NCBI RefSeq assembly: GCF_964204645.1
Contig: NC_134030.1
Location: 16,864,110 to 16,928,109 of the forward strand
Reading direction: 5' to 3'
DNA from: Tubulanus polymorphus
Taxonomy: Eukaryota; Animalia; Nemertea
DNA length: 64,000 nucleotides
Of this stretch, positions 1-12,449 are shown piece after piece. The notes under the pieces were generated by a model that saw nothing but the letters and a program-made list of their open reading frames with translations, made no database searches and was not told where the DNA came from. Made by a program: the position numbers and the translations under genes. Within the stretch, counting starts at the first letter, position 1. Each line of letters begins with the position of its first letter.

Positions 1-2199
1 TCCCGGGTGTAGATTGCTGATAGATCCAGGACTGGGCCGATTCGAAAACTATCGTCCGGGAACTAAGGATTGGGCCCAACCCTATGTTAGAACCAACAGA
101 TTGCGATGCGCACCCTTCTGTCCACCCAATAACATACGACCTCGTAGTTATACATGAACCCAAATCGACCGTACCACACACCACGTCACCCACTCCCGAC
201 GTGGAATTTCCTCGCTTGAGCCTAAATTGCATAGCGGAATAAACAGAAACAGCCCGTCACCCGAACGGGATTGCACTACGTTCCGCTGGACTCCGAGAGC
301 AAACCTCTACGCAGACGTCGCTTCTCAAATATAATCATTCTGATATAGAATTTTTCAATATTGGCTTCGTTATTGTGGTATTTCTCTCGGCATCCATTAG
401 ATGATGTCATTATTAGCAAATTTAGATTGCAAGCTGCGCATTCGGTCCAGTGTGGCAGGTTTTAATACCGTGGCACTGTCGATGCACTGCTGTAGACCAG
501 AGCCTGGGCCTGAAAAAGCATAGAGAATTATTCCATTGGAAAATTATCGAGGCCATATTCCTCGACCTCGCTTTCTGTCGAATCGGGGAACTGTTTTAGG
601 CATACTTTTATGCAATAAAATTAATCGACGAGCTTACTTCAGACACCTCCAAATATTATCGAAACTTCCCCACTGGGCATTTAAGGTGTTTTTTGACGTG
701 TTTGTCCCGAGTTTTTACCCCGTGTTCGACACGTCGAAAATGCAACAGCAGAACACGTGTAGAAACTGGTGCCCGTTACGTATCACAACACCGAACTAGG
801 TCGAGCATTTCTTGTTTCCTGACACTTGATTCTTACAAGATCTCGAAAATAAACCGTTCCTCTCCGATGACCAGCGCGTTTTTTTTCTCGGAATTTTGCC
901 ACCAGACGAGTTCCTCGTTTCCAATCCATTTTGACAACCTTAACTACTAATTTATGTAAACGTATAAAATTTATTGAACATGCACTAATATATAGAGACA
1001 TTATACATATAGACTTTCATATAAAAACTAAAAACAATTTTCTTTACCTGAGACATAATAACTTTTAAGACATTATTCTTTCTCTGGTAAATAAACAAAA
1101 CATTGTTCGATGACATTTGACCGTTATATAACAAGGATTAACAAGTTTCAGTTGTTTCCGAATCCATGACTAATGTCTAAATGTATTTATTTCCGATTGA
1201 CATCGATATTTCGCTTAATGTTATGAACAAACACCTGAATTTGGTCTTAATAGGAAGAGTGAAACTCATCGTTTTTGTTGCAGTGCAGTCATCGTGAAGA
1301 ACTGCCAAAAAGTCGTCATTTGCTCATGTTGAAATGAGAAAAGATCAGCCTTTTTTCGAAATTCTAACCATAGTTTCCTGTGTTTCCATGCCTACGAATC
1401 ATGATTTTTTGATGCTTTGAAAATACCTTCAGATGGTAGGTATGGAAAGTATTGAAAAAATTGATTTAGTTTATGAAATGGAGTCTCTTTTCTTTGATTC
1501 AAACGAGTTAAGTAAGAATTTTTGGCATTCCTTCAAAACAGTGTACAATGGATATAAAAACGATGATTTATCTGGATTGCACAGTTTCACTGGTCATATC
1601 AAGATCAGTTGAGGTATATGTTCAAAAGATTAAGAGAAATATCCCAAAAAGATTGATGTCAATCAAAATTAAATAGACATTATTTAGTGGTAAGTCTTAT
1701 TTTTATGGGTCTTTTCTTAATACATTAAAAATACCTCATCCTCGCAGTCATTATCTACCACGCAGTACTGAAACCCTTGATGTCAACCCTTCTTTGGAAA
1801 ATTTATTTGAAAGCAGTGGAATAATGTACAATAATAAATGCATAAATTCTTAACACACACATTCTTCTGTATAAAAAACTGCCATGACATAGAAGGGAAA
1901 TCTTTCTCCTCCAACCTTATTAATTGATTCCTGCACATGTACCTTGTCGCTAATTATTACATAACTAAAATGTTTCTGAAATCCTGAAGTACACATCTTG
2001 TGATTGTAACCTTCATCATTTTCAAATAACTTGAGCTGTTATTTCCATTACTCAAAATTACCAATATATCATATTTGAAAATTTACAAATAATCACTCTT
2101 AACATGAAATAACATTTTCGTGGATCATACTTTACGGGGACCCTAGACAGTAAACGCATAAGTCAGATCGTTAAATGTGACTTCTCGAAAGTTTTCCGA

Positions 2200-2385
2200 A
2201 GGTAGAAATGTATATGGAGATGAATCCTGACTTTTGGAATGTGTCCTAGGTAGAACCATCGGTGGACACAAATCCTGACTTCTCGAATGTGTCTTGGGTA
2301 GAACTGCAGATGGAGATGAATCTTGACTTCTGGAATGTGTCGTGCTAGAACTGTAGGATGGAGATGACTACTGAATCCTCGAATT
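2200..2385. repeat. ~57-bp degenerate minisatellite (3-4 copies)
   Basis: Recurring GTAGAA...TGGAGATGAATCCTGACTT..GAATGTGTC unit. Confidence 0.7.
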
Positions 2386-3377
2386 GGTTTCAATCTCACT
2401 TCTTGGTCGCTTTAACGTCAGTCTTTCAATGCCATCTGATAAAGTGCTGCGTTTATGTATGTTCAACGCAAGACTCTCTGCAATAAACACAGAAAAATCG
2501 TATTATCTGTAAACATCATTGAGGAATAAAATCTTGGAAATGTATCGTCGATAGTCACATACCTGGTATATCTGGATAGGCTTTAACGTTGTCATTATTA
2601 TCGACATCTTCAGTCTTTTCATCATCTAGTAAATTACTATCATCATCATTTTCAGGAAAAAAGTCTGGAAATATATTCAGTCAATTGTTATATAAGTAAT
2701 CCACTAATAAAGTTAACTGCAATGTAAATAAAAATCCTTTTCGAAATTAGGCAGCCATTGTGAAAATAAAGTCCAATCAGTCCCTTACTGGTTCAAGCTG
2801 GATGGAATATTGATTCCAGGAACCGTATTTTCCAAATAGCATGGCAAATAAATTTGAAAGAAAAAAGTCCGACCGATTGGGTGGGCCAGTTTGTAACAAA
2901 AACAAAGTTTTAAATCCAATCAGTCAACTAAATTAGGAACGATTTGTCGAAAGCATTAATGTAGTAAACACTTTTAATACCTTATTTTGTGACGGCGCGG
3001 TTTTTCATCATCTCCTGATTGGCAAGCGCTAGTCTTGTTTAGATCTGAAGTCAGAATACTCCGTTTACCTGAGGAAACATTTGGTAGAAAAGCATGACTG
3101 GGATTTACCCGATAAATCGCCCAAATCGGAGACAACTGTGGACAGTTGGCCAGCATTAAGTAGCGCGTTCGTACGGCTAGGTCTACTTTTACGCAACACA
3201 AATGATAGCTTCAAATATTGTGATGGTGATCGCCCTTTTCGAAATACAAAATTTGAAATGCTTAATGCATTTCCGTGTGGTCATGTCAAATATCGATTAT
3301 GGCTTTGGCATATAAATACGGCATATAAATTTGGCATATGATCTCGATTGATAGAACACTATATCCGTGTTGACGCG

Positions 3378-3743
3378 ATGTAGAGAGAATCCCACAATTA
3401 TAACGAAAAAGTCTGAAAATGAAACTTCGAGATAGTAGTTTATTTCAACGTTTCGACTATATTCTTATAGTCAGATAGTATAATTACCCCTTAGTTTGCT
3501 TCCCTTTAATCTATTTTAGCGTGTAACTGTTTCTACGTTAATTTTTCTTTAGTTTGTATCATCTCTGATTACTTGAATTAGTCTCTTTGTCTCTGGATTG
3601 TATATATATATCTCATAATTTTTGTAGTATCTCATTATTCCTGAAGATGACTATTAGGATATCGTCGAAACGTTGAAATAAACTACTATCTCGAAGTTTC
3701 ATTTTCGGAATTTTTCGTTATAATTGTGGGATTCTCTCTACAT
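3378..3743. mobile_element. Penelope-like element relic with inverted pLTR ends (~96-bp inverted repeat)
   Basis: 3378-3473 is the near reverse complement of 3648-3743; contains CTGAAGA-stem-GAAACG followed by AATAAA, the typical pLTR arrangement. Confidence 0.7.
3635..3680 (+). ncRNA. Minimal hammerhead ribozyme core in Penelope-like pLTR
   Basis: CTGAAGA (CUGANGA) + TGACTATTAGGATATCGTC (imperfect stem II) + GAAAC. Confidence 0.5.
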
Positions 3744-4269
3744 AAATGCATATGAACTTGCTCTATTAACAGAAAAAGAAGCATTTGAATATAGATGGAA
3801 CATAGGCGTTAATCTCCGAGGAGGATTAGGACACAACATCGCTAATGATAATCTCGTTGAAACTCAAGTTTAAAAAATGAAGCAGAAATTGCGTGATCAA
3901 GGAGCAAATGTAACATTAAAATCAGCAAAACTTGCATTTGAATCCTGCCAAATAATTGACGAAATTGTGCAAAGTTTCATTGGTTCACCGATAAAAGGTG
4001 GCTCAAAAGGTCCAGTATCTAAATTTAAGGATGTTTCATTGATGGTAAATGAACTAGTTGCAGCTGATGTATTCAAAGTGAATGATGAACGTGATATGGG
4101 TGTGTTCAATAACTTTAAGAGTCCAACGGAAAGAATAAAAATTTCAGAGTTGAAAATATGGTTAGGGGATCAGAAATGTAGAGCTAAAAGAGAAATGATT
4201 TGAATTCACCAAACTATCTTATCTTCGCGATAGGAGTGGCTTAAATCAATGTGTATTAGTCATGTGCAA

Positions 4270-6019
4270 TGGTGCTGCCTCGTCCATTCGCACCTGCCAG
4301 TATCCTGAAGCGAGATCCATGACAGCGAACCAACGATTACCGGAAAGGGACCGAATAGAATCATCGATACGAAGTAAGGGGTAATTATCAGAGAGTGTAG
4401 CCTCGTTTAAGGCGCGGTAATAAACGCAGAATCGAGTGCTGTCGTCTTTTTTGAGACGAGCACGATCGGGCTACTCCATGGACTGGGATTCCTCTATCAC
4501 TCCGCAATCGATCAAATCTTTCAAAATCTTGTCTACCTCAGCCTCCTTGTGTATCGAGAGGTGACGGAATCGCTGTTTGATAGGGGTCGTATCACCCACT
4601 TCAATTATGCGCTCGGCATCGACAGCCGCGCCCAAGTCGGTGTCGGACTTAGCGAATATATCTGAATACTCAATTAAGAGTTCACGAACTGGGCGGCTCT
4701 GATCCTCGTCTAATTCGGAGCAACTACAATTAACCAAATCGAGCAAGAACTCGGGTACCTGATTATCAGGCGGAGACTCTCACGGAACGGGAGTCTCATT
4801 GATAAGACGGAGTCGTGAGCTCGACATCTCCTCAGGCCAGACGCATTTAACATTATAAATCGTTGCGATGGCCGAGTTCTGAAGTTCGAGAAGTATGCTT
4901 GAATTCATAACGGAGACAGGTATGATATCTCGCGCGGTGTCGACCACGCATCTAGCGACACACAGATCTGGGCCCAGTCTCGGGTTGTTTATTGTTTTCA
5001 ACTAATGCCCATTTCATAAGGTCACTCTTATCTGACACGCTACACGGGACAACCACTTCTGTCAGAGCAGGGATGACCATTCGCTCATTACATCGGACTA
5101 AGTTTTTATTTTCGGACTCGCAGATTTGGTGCCGGCACTCAATTTGTGACCTTGACACACGAGAGTCTTCTGTTACGGGAAGATTTGACAGTCGCATGAC
5201 ATGAGGAAATCCATTATTTACAAACGGTAAGACATTTACTCGAGCATCGGATACATCCGAGTTTCTATTTCTAATTTTTACCTCTCGTAGTGGCGATTCA
5301 GGGAGATTGTTTCTATTCCCAACCAACCTTACTCCCTCGGTGGGGCTGGTCGACGGGAGTTTAAATCATCGGTTTGACGCGGAGGCTGACTACAATTGCG
5401 CGAAATATGACCAGGTTGCCCGATAGCACAAACGAGGTCCTGGAGCCCTACGGTCGGTCATACGAGACATCATCTGGCTCAGAAACTTCTTTTCTCAAGG
5501 ACGCGATTTCATTATTAGGTGTCTTCGACGAGACTATCTGCCTGACGTATGAGTCGGACCGCTCCTTCTCGCGTTCGATCAAGAATATCCCTTCGAGTCG
5601 AAGCGCATGTATCAATGTCTAACTGCCACAGCCGGAGTCTCATCTCAGCGTCGGGCAGTGCCTCGATAAAGTGTGAACGGGCAAGTCTCTCTCGCTTCAC
5701 CGGATCAAAATCGGGATACGCACGGGAGCAGAGAATTACAATGACTTGGCCCAGTTCCTTCAAACTTTCGTTGCGCTTGCGACGACGATTTCTCAACTCC
5801 GCCAAGTGGACTTCGGCTGACTTATTGAGGCCAAAGCGTGCCTCTAATACGTCGCACATGGCGTCATAATCGCGCATCTGGACCGGGGATAGTTTAACGC
5901 AGACTTACTGTCTTGCAGTCCCCCTTAGCTAAGCAAACAGAAAATCTGCCTTCATATCGTCCGGCCAACCTTTAAGGCGGCTCACGGTTTCGAAGCTCAA
6001 CCTGTAGTCCTGCCATGGA
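4270..6019 (-). mobile_element. Ty3/Gypsy LTR retrotransposon, 3' part (gag C-terminal half, degraded protease-region sequence, N-terminal RT); truncated
   Basis: Minus strand gives WQDYRLSFETVSRLKGW...LRGTAR, YDAMCDVLEARFG (gag) and PIKQRFRHL...SPIVLV...LNEATLSDNYPLLRIDD...FAVMDLASGYWQV (RT). Confidence 0.9.
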
Positions 6020-6113
6020 AGTAATTGGGAAAGTAGGCTTTCATACCAGAGGTCGAGCGGTCGAAACACCACTCATCACCACAAGTAATTTTTTTTCCTA
6101 ATAAATGGGGGAG
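6020..6113 (+). repeat. Polinton left TIR (appears internally collapsed)
   Basis: 6020-6089 pairs with 19428-19497; 6069-6113 pairs with ~19111-19154. Confidence 0.9.
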
Positions 6114-9100
6114 AATGAACACCAGCCAGAAAACAATAATGTTAATAAAAATCAATATTATTGCCAATATTGTAAAAAAATACATCGATAAATCCCAAAA
6201 ATCACGACATGAAAAAACTGCAAATCATATAAAAAATGTAATAGATTTTGAAACTCCAGAAAATCCCAATGAAAGAAAAGAAAGATTAGAAAATATGAAT
6301 GTGGATGAAATAAAATGTGAAGTTTGTAATGAATTTATAGTAAAAAGGAATTATAATAGACATCTCGAATCACAAAAACACCGCCAAAATTTGAGTAATA
6401 ATGTTTTAGGAAAATATTATTTTGATGATAAACCTCAACAAGTAAAAAAACCAACTTCAAAAACTAAATCCATTTCAAATAAACCTTACATGGAAAATGT
6501 TAGAAATTATATTGATTCACTAGAAATAAAAGATACAATTGAAATTTTAGAAACATTACATAGTAAAATTGGTCCAGCAGCTATTATATTTAGATTTTTT
6601 AAAGGAACAACAATAGAAGATTATAGTAAATTTAATGAAATAATAGAAAAAATACTAGATTTGATAACAGATGTTGAATATCCAAAAATTAGTATCTCTG
6701 GGAAAGTAAGTTTTATAAAGTCAGAAGAAAAAATGAATTATAATATTCAAACACACTCTGAAGAAATAATTTCAAAAACACAAATAAAAGAGAAGTTAGA
6801 AAAAATATTTAATGAAATTAAACGTCATATTGAAGAAAGATATTTTGAGGGTTCTGGCTTAACATTGAATGAAATTATATATTTAGATTTAAATGTTTAC
6901 AATACAAAAAGGAATAAAACATCAAAAAGTAATAAAATGTTTAAAAATGATTCAAACTTTACAACAGAAAAGGATATTAAAGCATCATCTTATATTAAAT
7001 TACCATTTACAACAAAAGCAGTAATAAATGTTCAAAATGAAGATAATAAATGTTTTCTATGGTCAATTATTAGTTGTTTACACCCAACAGAAGATATGAC
7101 GCATAGTTTTAGAATAACAAATTACCGGAAATATGAAACATTATATAAAATTGATCAATATCCAGTAACTATAAAAATGATTCCTAAAATAGAAAAAGTT
7201 AATAATTTAAAAATAAATGTATTTGAATTAATGCAATTACCAAAGACAAAAGGTGAAAATATTAAAGATTATACATTGGAAGCTTTATATTTAACAGCAT
7301 ATTATGATGATGAAAATGCTATAGATTTGTTATATTACAAAAAAGATGAAAATGAACATTATATGTGGTTAAAACAAATTGATTTATTCTTTAGAACAGA
7401 AAGTGATCACCATAATAAAATGTATCTATGTAGAAAATGTTTATCTTAATTTATGACTGAGAATACATTATTAAAACATAAAGAATTATGTGATAATAAA
7501 GATTTTTGCAAATTAATAATGCCAACAGAAAAAGATTATAAATTGAAATTTACTAATCATAAATTTAAAAATATTGTTCCATTTGTAATTTATGGGGATT
7601 TTGAATCGTTGAATAAAGAATTAACTGATCAAGATAGAAAAGAAATATATAACAAAAAGCAATTATTAAAATCAATGGATAAAGGAAATGAATGAAATGA
7701 AGACATAATACAAGACCCACCAATTATAAATACAATTAAAAAAGTTCATCAAAGAGCTGCTGCTTATGAAATTTATACAAAATCAAATTATCCTGAATTA
7801 TATGAAAGTCAATATATTTCTTTTAGAGGTGAAAATGTAGTTAATGATTTTTGTGATAAAATGATTGAATTAGAAAGTGATTTTGCAAAATTATTAAACA
7901 CAAATAAAAGAATAGTTATGACAAAAGAAGATGAAATTGATTTTAATTATGCAACTCATTGTTGTTATTGTGAAAAACGTTTTTATTCATTTGATAAAAA
8001 AGTTAGAGATCATGATCATTTAAATTCAAAATATCGTGGAGCTGCTCATGAAGATTGCAATTTACAAGCTAAGAAAGTTAATTTCGTACCAATATTATTT
8101 CATAATTTATCAGGCTATGATACCCATCTATTTATAAAACAATTATCGGGAAAATTGGGCGCAATAAATCAAGAAATAGAAGAATATAATGCTATGAATG
8201 GTGTAAATGTAAGAAAATATGATTTTAAATTATTAGCTTAAACATCTGAAAATTATATTTCATTTCAATTTGGTTGCATTAGATTTTTAGATTCTTATAG
8301 ATTTCTAGCAAGTTCATTAGATAATTTATCAGAATTTTAGTTGATAATGATTTTGTTATAACTCGATATTATTATCCAAATGAACAAGATTTTAAATTAT
8401 TGAGATATAAAGGCGCAATTCCTTATTCATTTTATAAAACACACAATGATTTTAATGTAACAGAATTATTAAAAGATCAATTTTATGATCAATTAAAAGA
8501 GGAGTATTTAGAAGTGTTTATGAGAACGAAGTGTTTAATAGAACATTAAATATTTGGAACCATTTTAAGATGAAAAATCATGGCGAATTAGTTGATTTAT
8601 ATTTAAAATCAGACGTTATGATATTGGCGGACATATTTGAAAAATTTAGAGAAGTTAATTTGAATCATTTTAATGTTGATCCTTGTTATTGCTACTCTAG
8701 TCCTGGTTTAACCTGGCAATGTGGTTTAAAATATACAAATGTAGAATTAGATTTATTAAAAGAACCAGGTATGGTTTTATTATTTGAAAAATCAATTAGA
8801 GGTGGAATTAGTGGTGTTATGGGAGATAGGTATTTTAAAGCAAATGATGAATATAAATTATTATATATTGACGCCAATAATTTATATGGTTGGGCAATGA
8901 TGCAACCTCAACCATATAAAAATTATATATTAACAGAAGTTGAAAATGATGATAAAACTAATTGGGAAAGCGCAATTATGAGTTTAGAAGATGAAGCACC
9001 AATTGGTTATTTCTTTGTAGTTGATTTAGAATATCCTGAAAATATTTTATTTATAATATAAGTTTAAAACAAGAAACTTACCTTATTGCCCGGAACATTT

Positions 9101-11194
9101 AACTGTAGATGATAGTTATTTAAGTGAATACCAGAAGAAAATAAAACCGAAAGATCATGTTTTTACAGAAAAATTAATACTTACTCAAAATAATAAATAC
9201 AATTATATTGTTCATTATAGAATGTTAAAATTTTATCTAAAACAAGGAATGAAATTAAAGAAAGTACATAGATATATTGAATTTAATCAATCGAAGTGGT
9301 TAGAAAAATATATAGATTTTAATACTCAACAGAGAACCATATCAAAAACAGATTTTGAAAAAGATTTCTCCAAATTAATGAACAATAGTTTTTATGGTAA
9401 AACATGTGAAAATATTAGAAATAGAAATGATATTGAATTAGTAAATAATTCTGAAAGATTAAGACATTTACAATCAAGTCCTAGACATTTAGGAAATAAA
9501 AGATTTGAAGATTATTTAACAGCAGTTAAATTAAAAAGAACGTCAATGAAATTTAATAAACCTATATTTATTGGTTCAACTGTTTTAGAAGTATCAAAAT
9601 TATTAATGTATGATTTTTATTATAATGTTTTACAACCACTTTTTGGGGAAAAGCATATTGAAATATTATATTTTGATTCTGTAACAGCTGACACCCCAAT
9701 ATTATTAAAATGTAATGATAAAATATTGATAAGAAGAATTTCAGAAATGATTCCAAAACAAAATGAATGTTATATTTCATATGGTGAAAAAGAATTAATA
9801 CAAATAAATGGTTTAATGGATGTTTGGACAAGAAATGGATGGAAAAAATTAAAGAATATTATTAGGCATAAAACAAATAAGAAAATCTATAGAGTTAGAA
9901 ATTAGGATTTGTAGATGTTACAGAAGATCATAGTTTAATTAAACGAAATGGTGATGAAATAAAACCAACTGATATAAAAATTGGAGATGAATTATTACAT
10001 AAAAGATTTTTCCAAAGAATGAATCATATGTCATTTGATGAAATTATTGATAATATTTATGATATAGAACCCGAAACATTAGAAGAAAAAGAATATTTTA
10101 TCAAAGGATTTTTCATGGGTGATGGTTAAGCAGGTGTGTATAATTATGTTTGGGGTAATAAATATTGTTGGTATTTATGCAATCAAGACTTAAAATTATT
10201 AGAAAGAATTAAGAAATTCTGTGAAGAAGTTTATTCACATAAAACATTTAGAATCATGGATCATATGAAATCATCAGCAGTTTATAGAATACTTGTAAAT
10301 AATCCTAAAGATTTTGCTATAAAATATAATGATGAATTCTATATTCATGCAATAGTGAAAAGTAATACTTCAACTAAAGAAAAGATAGTACCAGATTATG
10401 TATTAAATGCCAAAAATAATTTAAGAAAATGGTTCTTTATTGGATTCTACGCAGCAGATGGTGCTAAAAAATTTACAAAGGATATAAAGATAACCTTTGC
10501 ACAGAAAGGAAAAGTTGCTATATCAGGATTGAATATATTATGCAATTCATTAGGTTTTAATATGAATATTGGATTGATTAAATCTAAACCAAATTGCTTT
10601 AATTTAAGCCACACAGAAAAAGATTTAACTGAAGAAGTTAAAGATTTATTTGAAATATAAAACCCAACAGATTATGTTTATGATTTATCAACTGAAGATG
10701 GTACATTTAACTGTGGATTTCCATTAATAGCAGTCAATACGGATGCGTACATACTAAAAATCAAGACAAATGACATAACAAAAGACTTAAAAACATTAAA
10801 ACATCATTTTGATTTTAGCAATTATCCCAAAGATCATGAACTATTTAGCAATGATAATAAAATGATTCCTGGTAAGTTTAAAGATGAATTAGGGGGCGAT
10901 GAAATGATTGAATTTGTTGGGATAAGAAGTAAAATGTATAGTTACAGAACAAAAGATCATGAAGCTAAAAAGTTAAAAGGAATAACAAAACATGTGGTTG
11001 ATAAACATATAGAATTTCAAGATTATATAAAGTGTTTATATAACTCAATTGTAATGAAACATAAAATGAATTGTTTAAGATCAGAAGATCACGAGATGTA
11101 CATTAATGAAGTTGAAAAAACTAGTTTAAATCCATTTGATGATAAAAGACATATTTCAGATGATGGTATAAAAACATTACCTTATGGCCATTAA
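6105..11194 (+). pseudogene. polB: Protein-primed family B DNA polymerase with N-terminal zinc fingers, vOTU-like region, endonuclease VII-like insert and an intein
   Basis: ExoI VIYGDFES, ExoII FHNLSGYD, ExoIII YLKSDV, motif A YIDANNLYGWAM, motif B KLMNNSFYGK, split motif C YFD/TDA, GKFKDE, KMYS, KLKGI; CxxC...DHDHL...RGAAHEDCN insert; several stops and frameshifts. Confidence 0.96.
9678..10738 (+). mobile_element. Intein with LAGLIDADG homing endonuclease in pPolB motif C (degenerate)
   Basis: Block A SVTADTPILL directly after YFD; block B VDVTEDHSL; endonuclease motifs FIKGFFMGDG and FFIGFYAADGA; block F YVYDLSTEDGTF; terminal Asn (LIAVN) followed by +1 Thr (TDA); frameshift near 9900, stops at 10127 and 10658. 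Confidence 0.93.
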
Positions 11195-12420
11195 AACATA
11201 AAATCAATATCATCATACTCGAAATCACTATTGGCTTCTTCATTTTCATTTAATTGTTCTTGTATAATTTGTATAGGTTCTTCCATTTCATTTTTCTCAT
11301 TTAAATAAAGTTCTATCTTGTACCACATTTCATCTCGCTCTCTTTGTTTCTTTTGTTTGTTAATTCGTCAAATGGAATTATAATATCGATGTTTAAATAA
11401 TTTACAATCTTATTTAAAAAGAATTCATAATTAATTGAATCTGTTATTCTATTTTCCAAATGATACATTAATATTTGTTTGAATATTTTTTTTATATTTT
11501 CCATATCTTCTTCTGTTAATTTAGGTTTTTCATAATAATCGTTAAATAATAAATATAAATACATTTTCTTTTGTTTTGTGTTAAATGTTGACGGAATAAT
11601 TGTTTTTATAATATCTTTTTTAGTTATTTCACCATTTTTATTTTCATTTTTTCAAGCCATTGATATATTCTGGTGTATGATCTTCTATAGAAAATATTTT
11701 AAAAATTTCATCTAGATAATTTAATTTTGGATCTATGAGAAAATTTCTAGTTTTTTCTTCACCCCATAAATTCTTTTGCCATCCACAATCAACACAAAAT
11801 AACACAGTACCTTCTTGTCTTAAGGTCGCATAACTACATTGTGGACATTTTCGTTTATAATTTATTGGTAATAGATCTTCATTAAGCTCCTGGTATTTCC
11901 TTACGTTTTCTTTATGTTTTAATGTTCTATTATGTAGATTTGAATTACTTGTTGTAATAATCAATTTACAATAATATGTTTTTCTTGTTAATTCATTGTA
12001 TTGTTTTTCTAACTTTTCAACTGTTTCTTTATTATCTGGTAACATTTTCTCATATTTTATTTTTTCTAATAAACTATTTTTTTCTTTCATTGAATTCAGT
12101 TTCAAATTTATTAGAAATTTTATCTATATGTACTTTACGAAATTGATGATTCTCCCAATCTTCTATATTTTCAGGGCTGTATTTTATTCGACAAGGCTCA
12201 CAGAAATGATCTTTTATATTATCCTTATCATAGAATAAGAAAGGTCTTTTCCAAATAATTTCAGGTTCAACTTCAACAGAATTACTATTACTTTCATTAC
12301 TATCAACATTAGCCGTTGCGCCATTAATTTTACACTTCTCTGAATGTTTTTAACATAATTTCTTAAGAATAACTTATTACATTTTGGGCAGTTTAGTTTA
12401 GGGGGTTTATAATTGGAAAT
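11191..12420 (-). pseudogene. Poxvirus late transcription factor VLTF3/A2-like protein with extra N-terminal Cys/His motifs (frameshifted)
   Basis: CPQC-x13-CVDC, RNFLIDPKLNYLDEIF, LTEEDMENIKKIFKQIL...SINYEFFLNKI and a later DEMW follow, in order, the vaccinia A2 motifs as I recall them (CxxC..CxxC, KLIHL, EIFKHL, INYSFFLDKI, W); stop overlaps the polB stop in TTAA at 11191-11194; 5' end uncertain. Confidence 0.78.
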
Positions 12421-12449
12421 TTAAATACATCATTTGATACACAGAAACA

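Larger units (their letters stand above)
3040..4203 (+). pseudogene. DUF6589-like (probably transposon-derived) protein relic, interrupted by a Penelope-like insertion
   Basis: Fragments DSFKYCDGDRPFRNTKF...GHVKY and EAFEYRWNIGVNLRGGLGHNIANDNLVE...GANVT resemble DUF6589 motifs (GDGER, HxKY, WNxxVNxxGxxGxNIxxD); contains stops. Confidence 0.6.

Noticed and set aside
1020-2650. Degraded minus-strand coding relic
   Set aside because: Multiple stops and no recognisable motif
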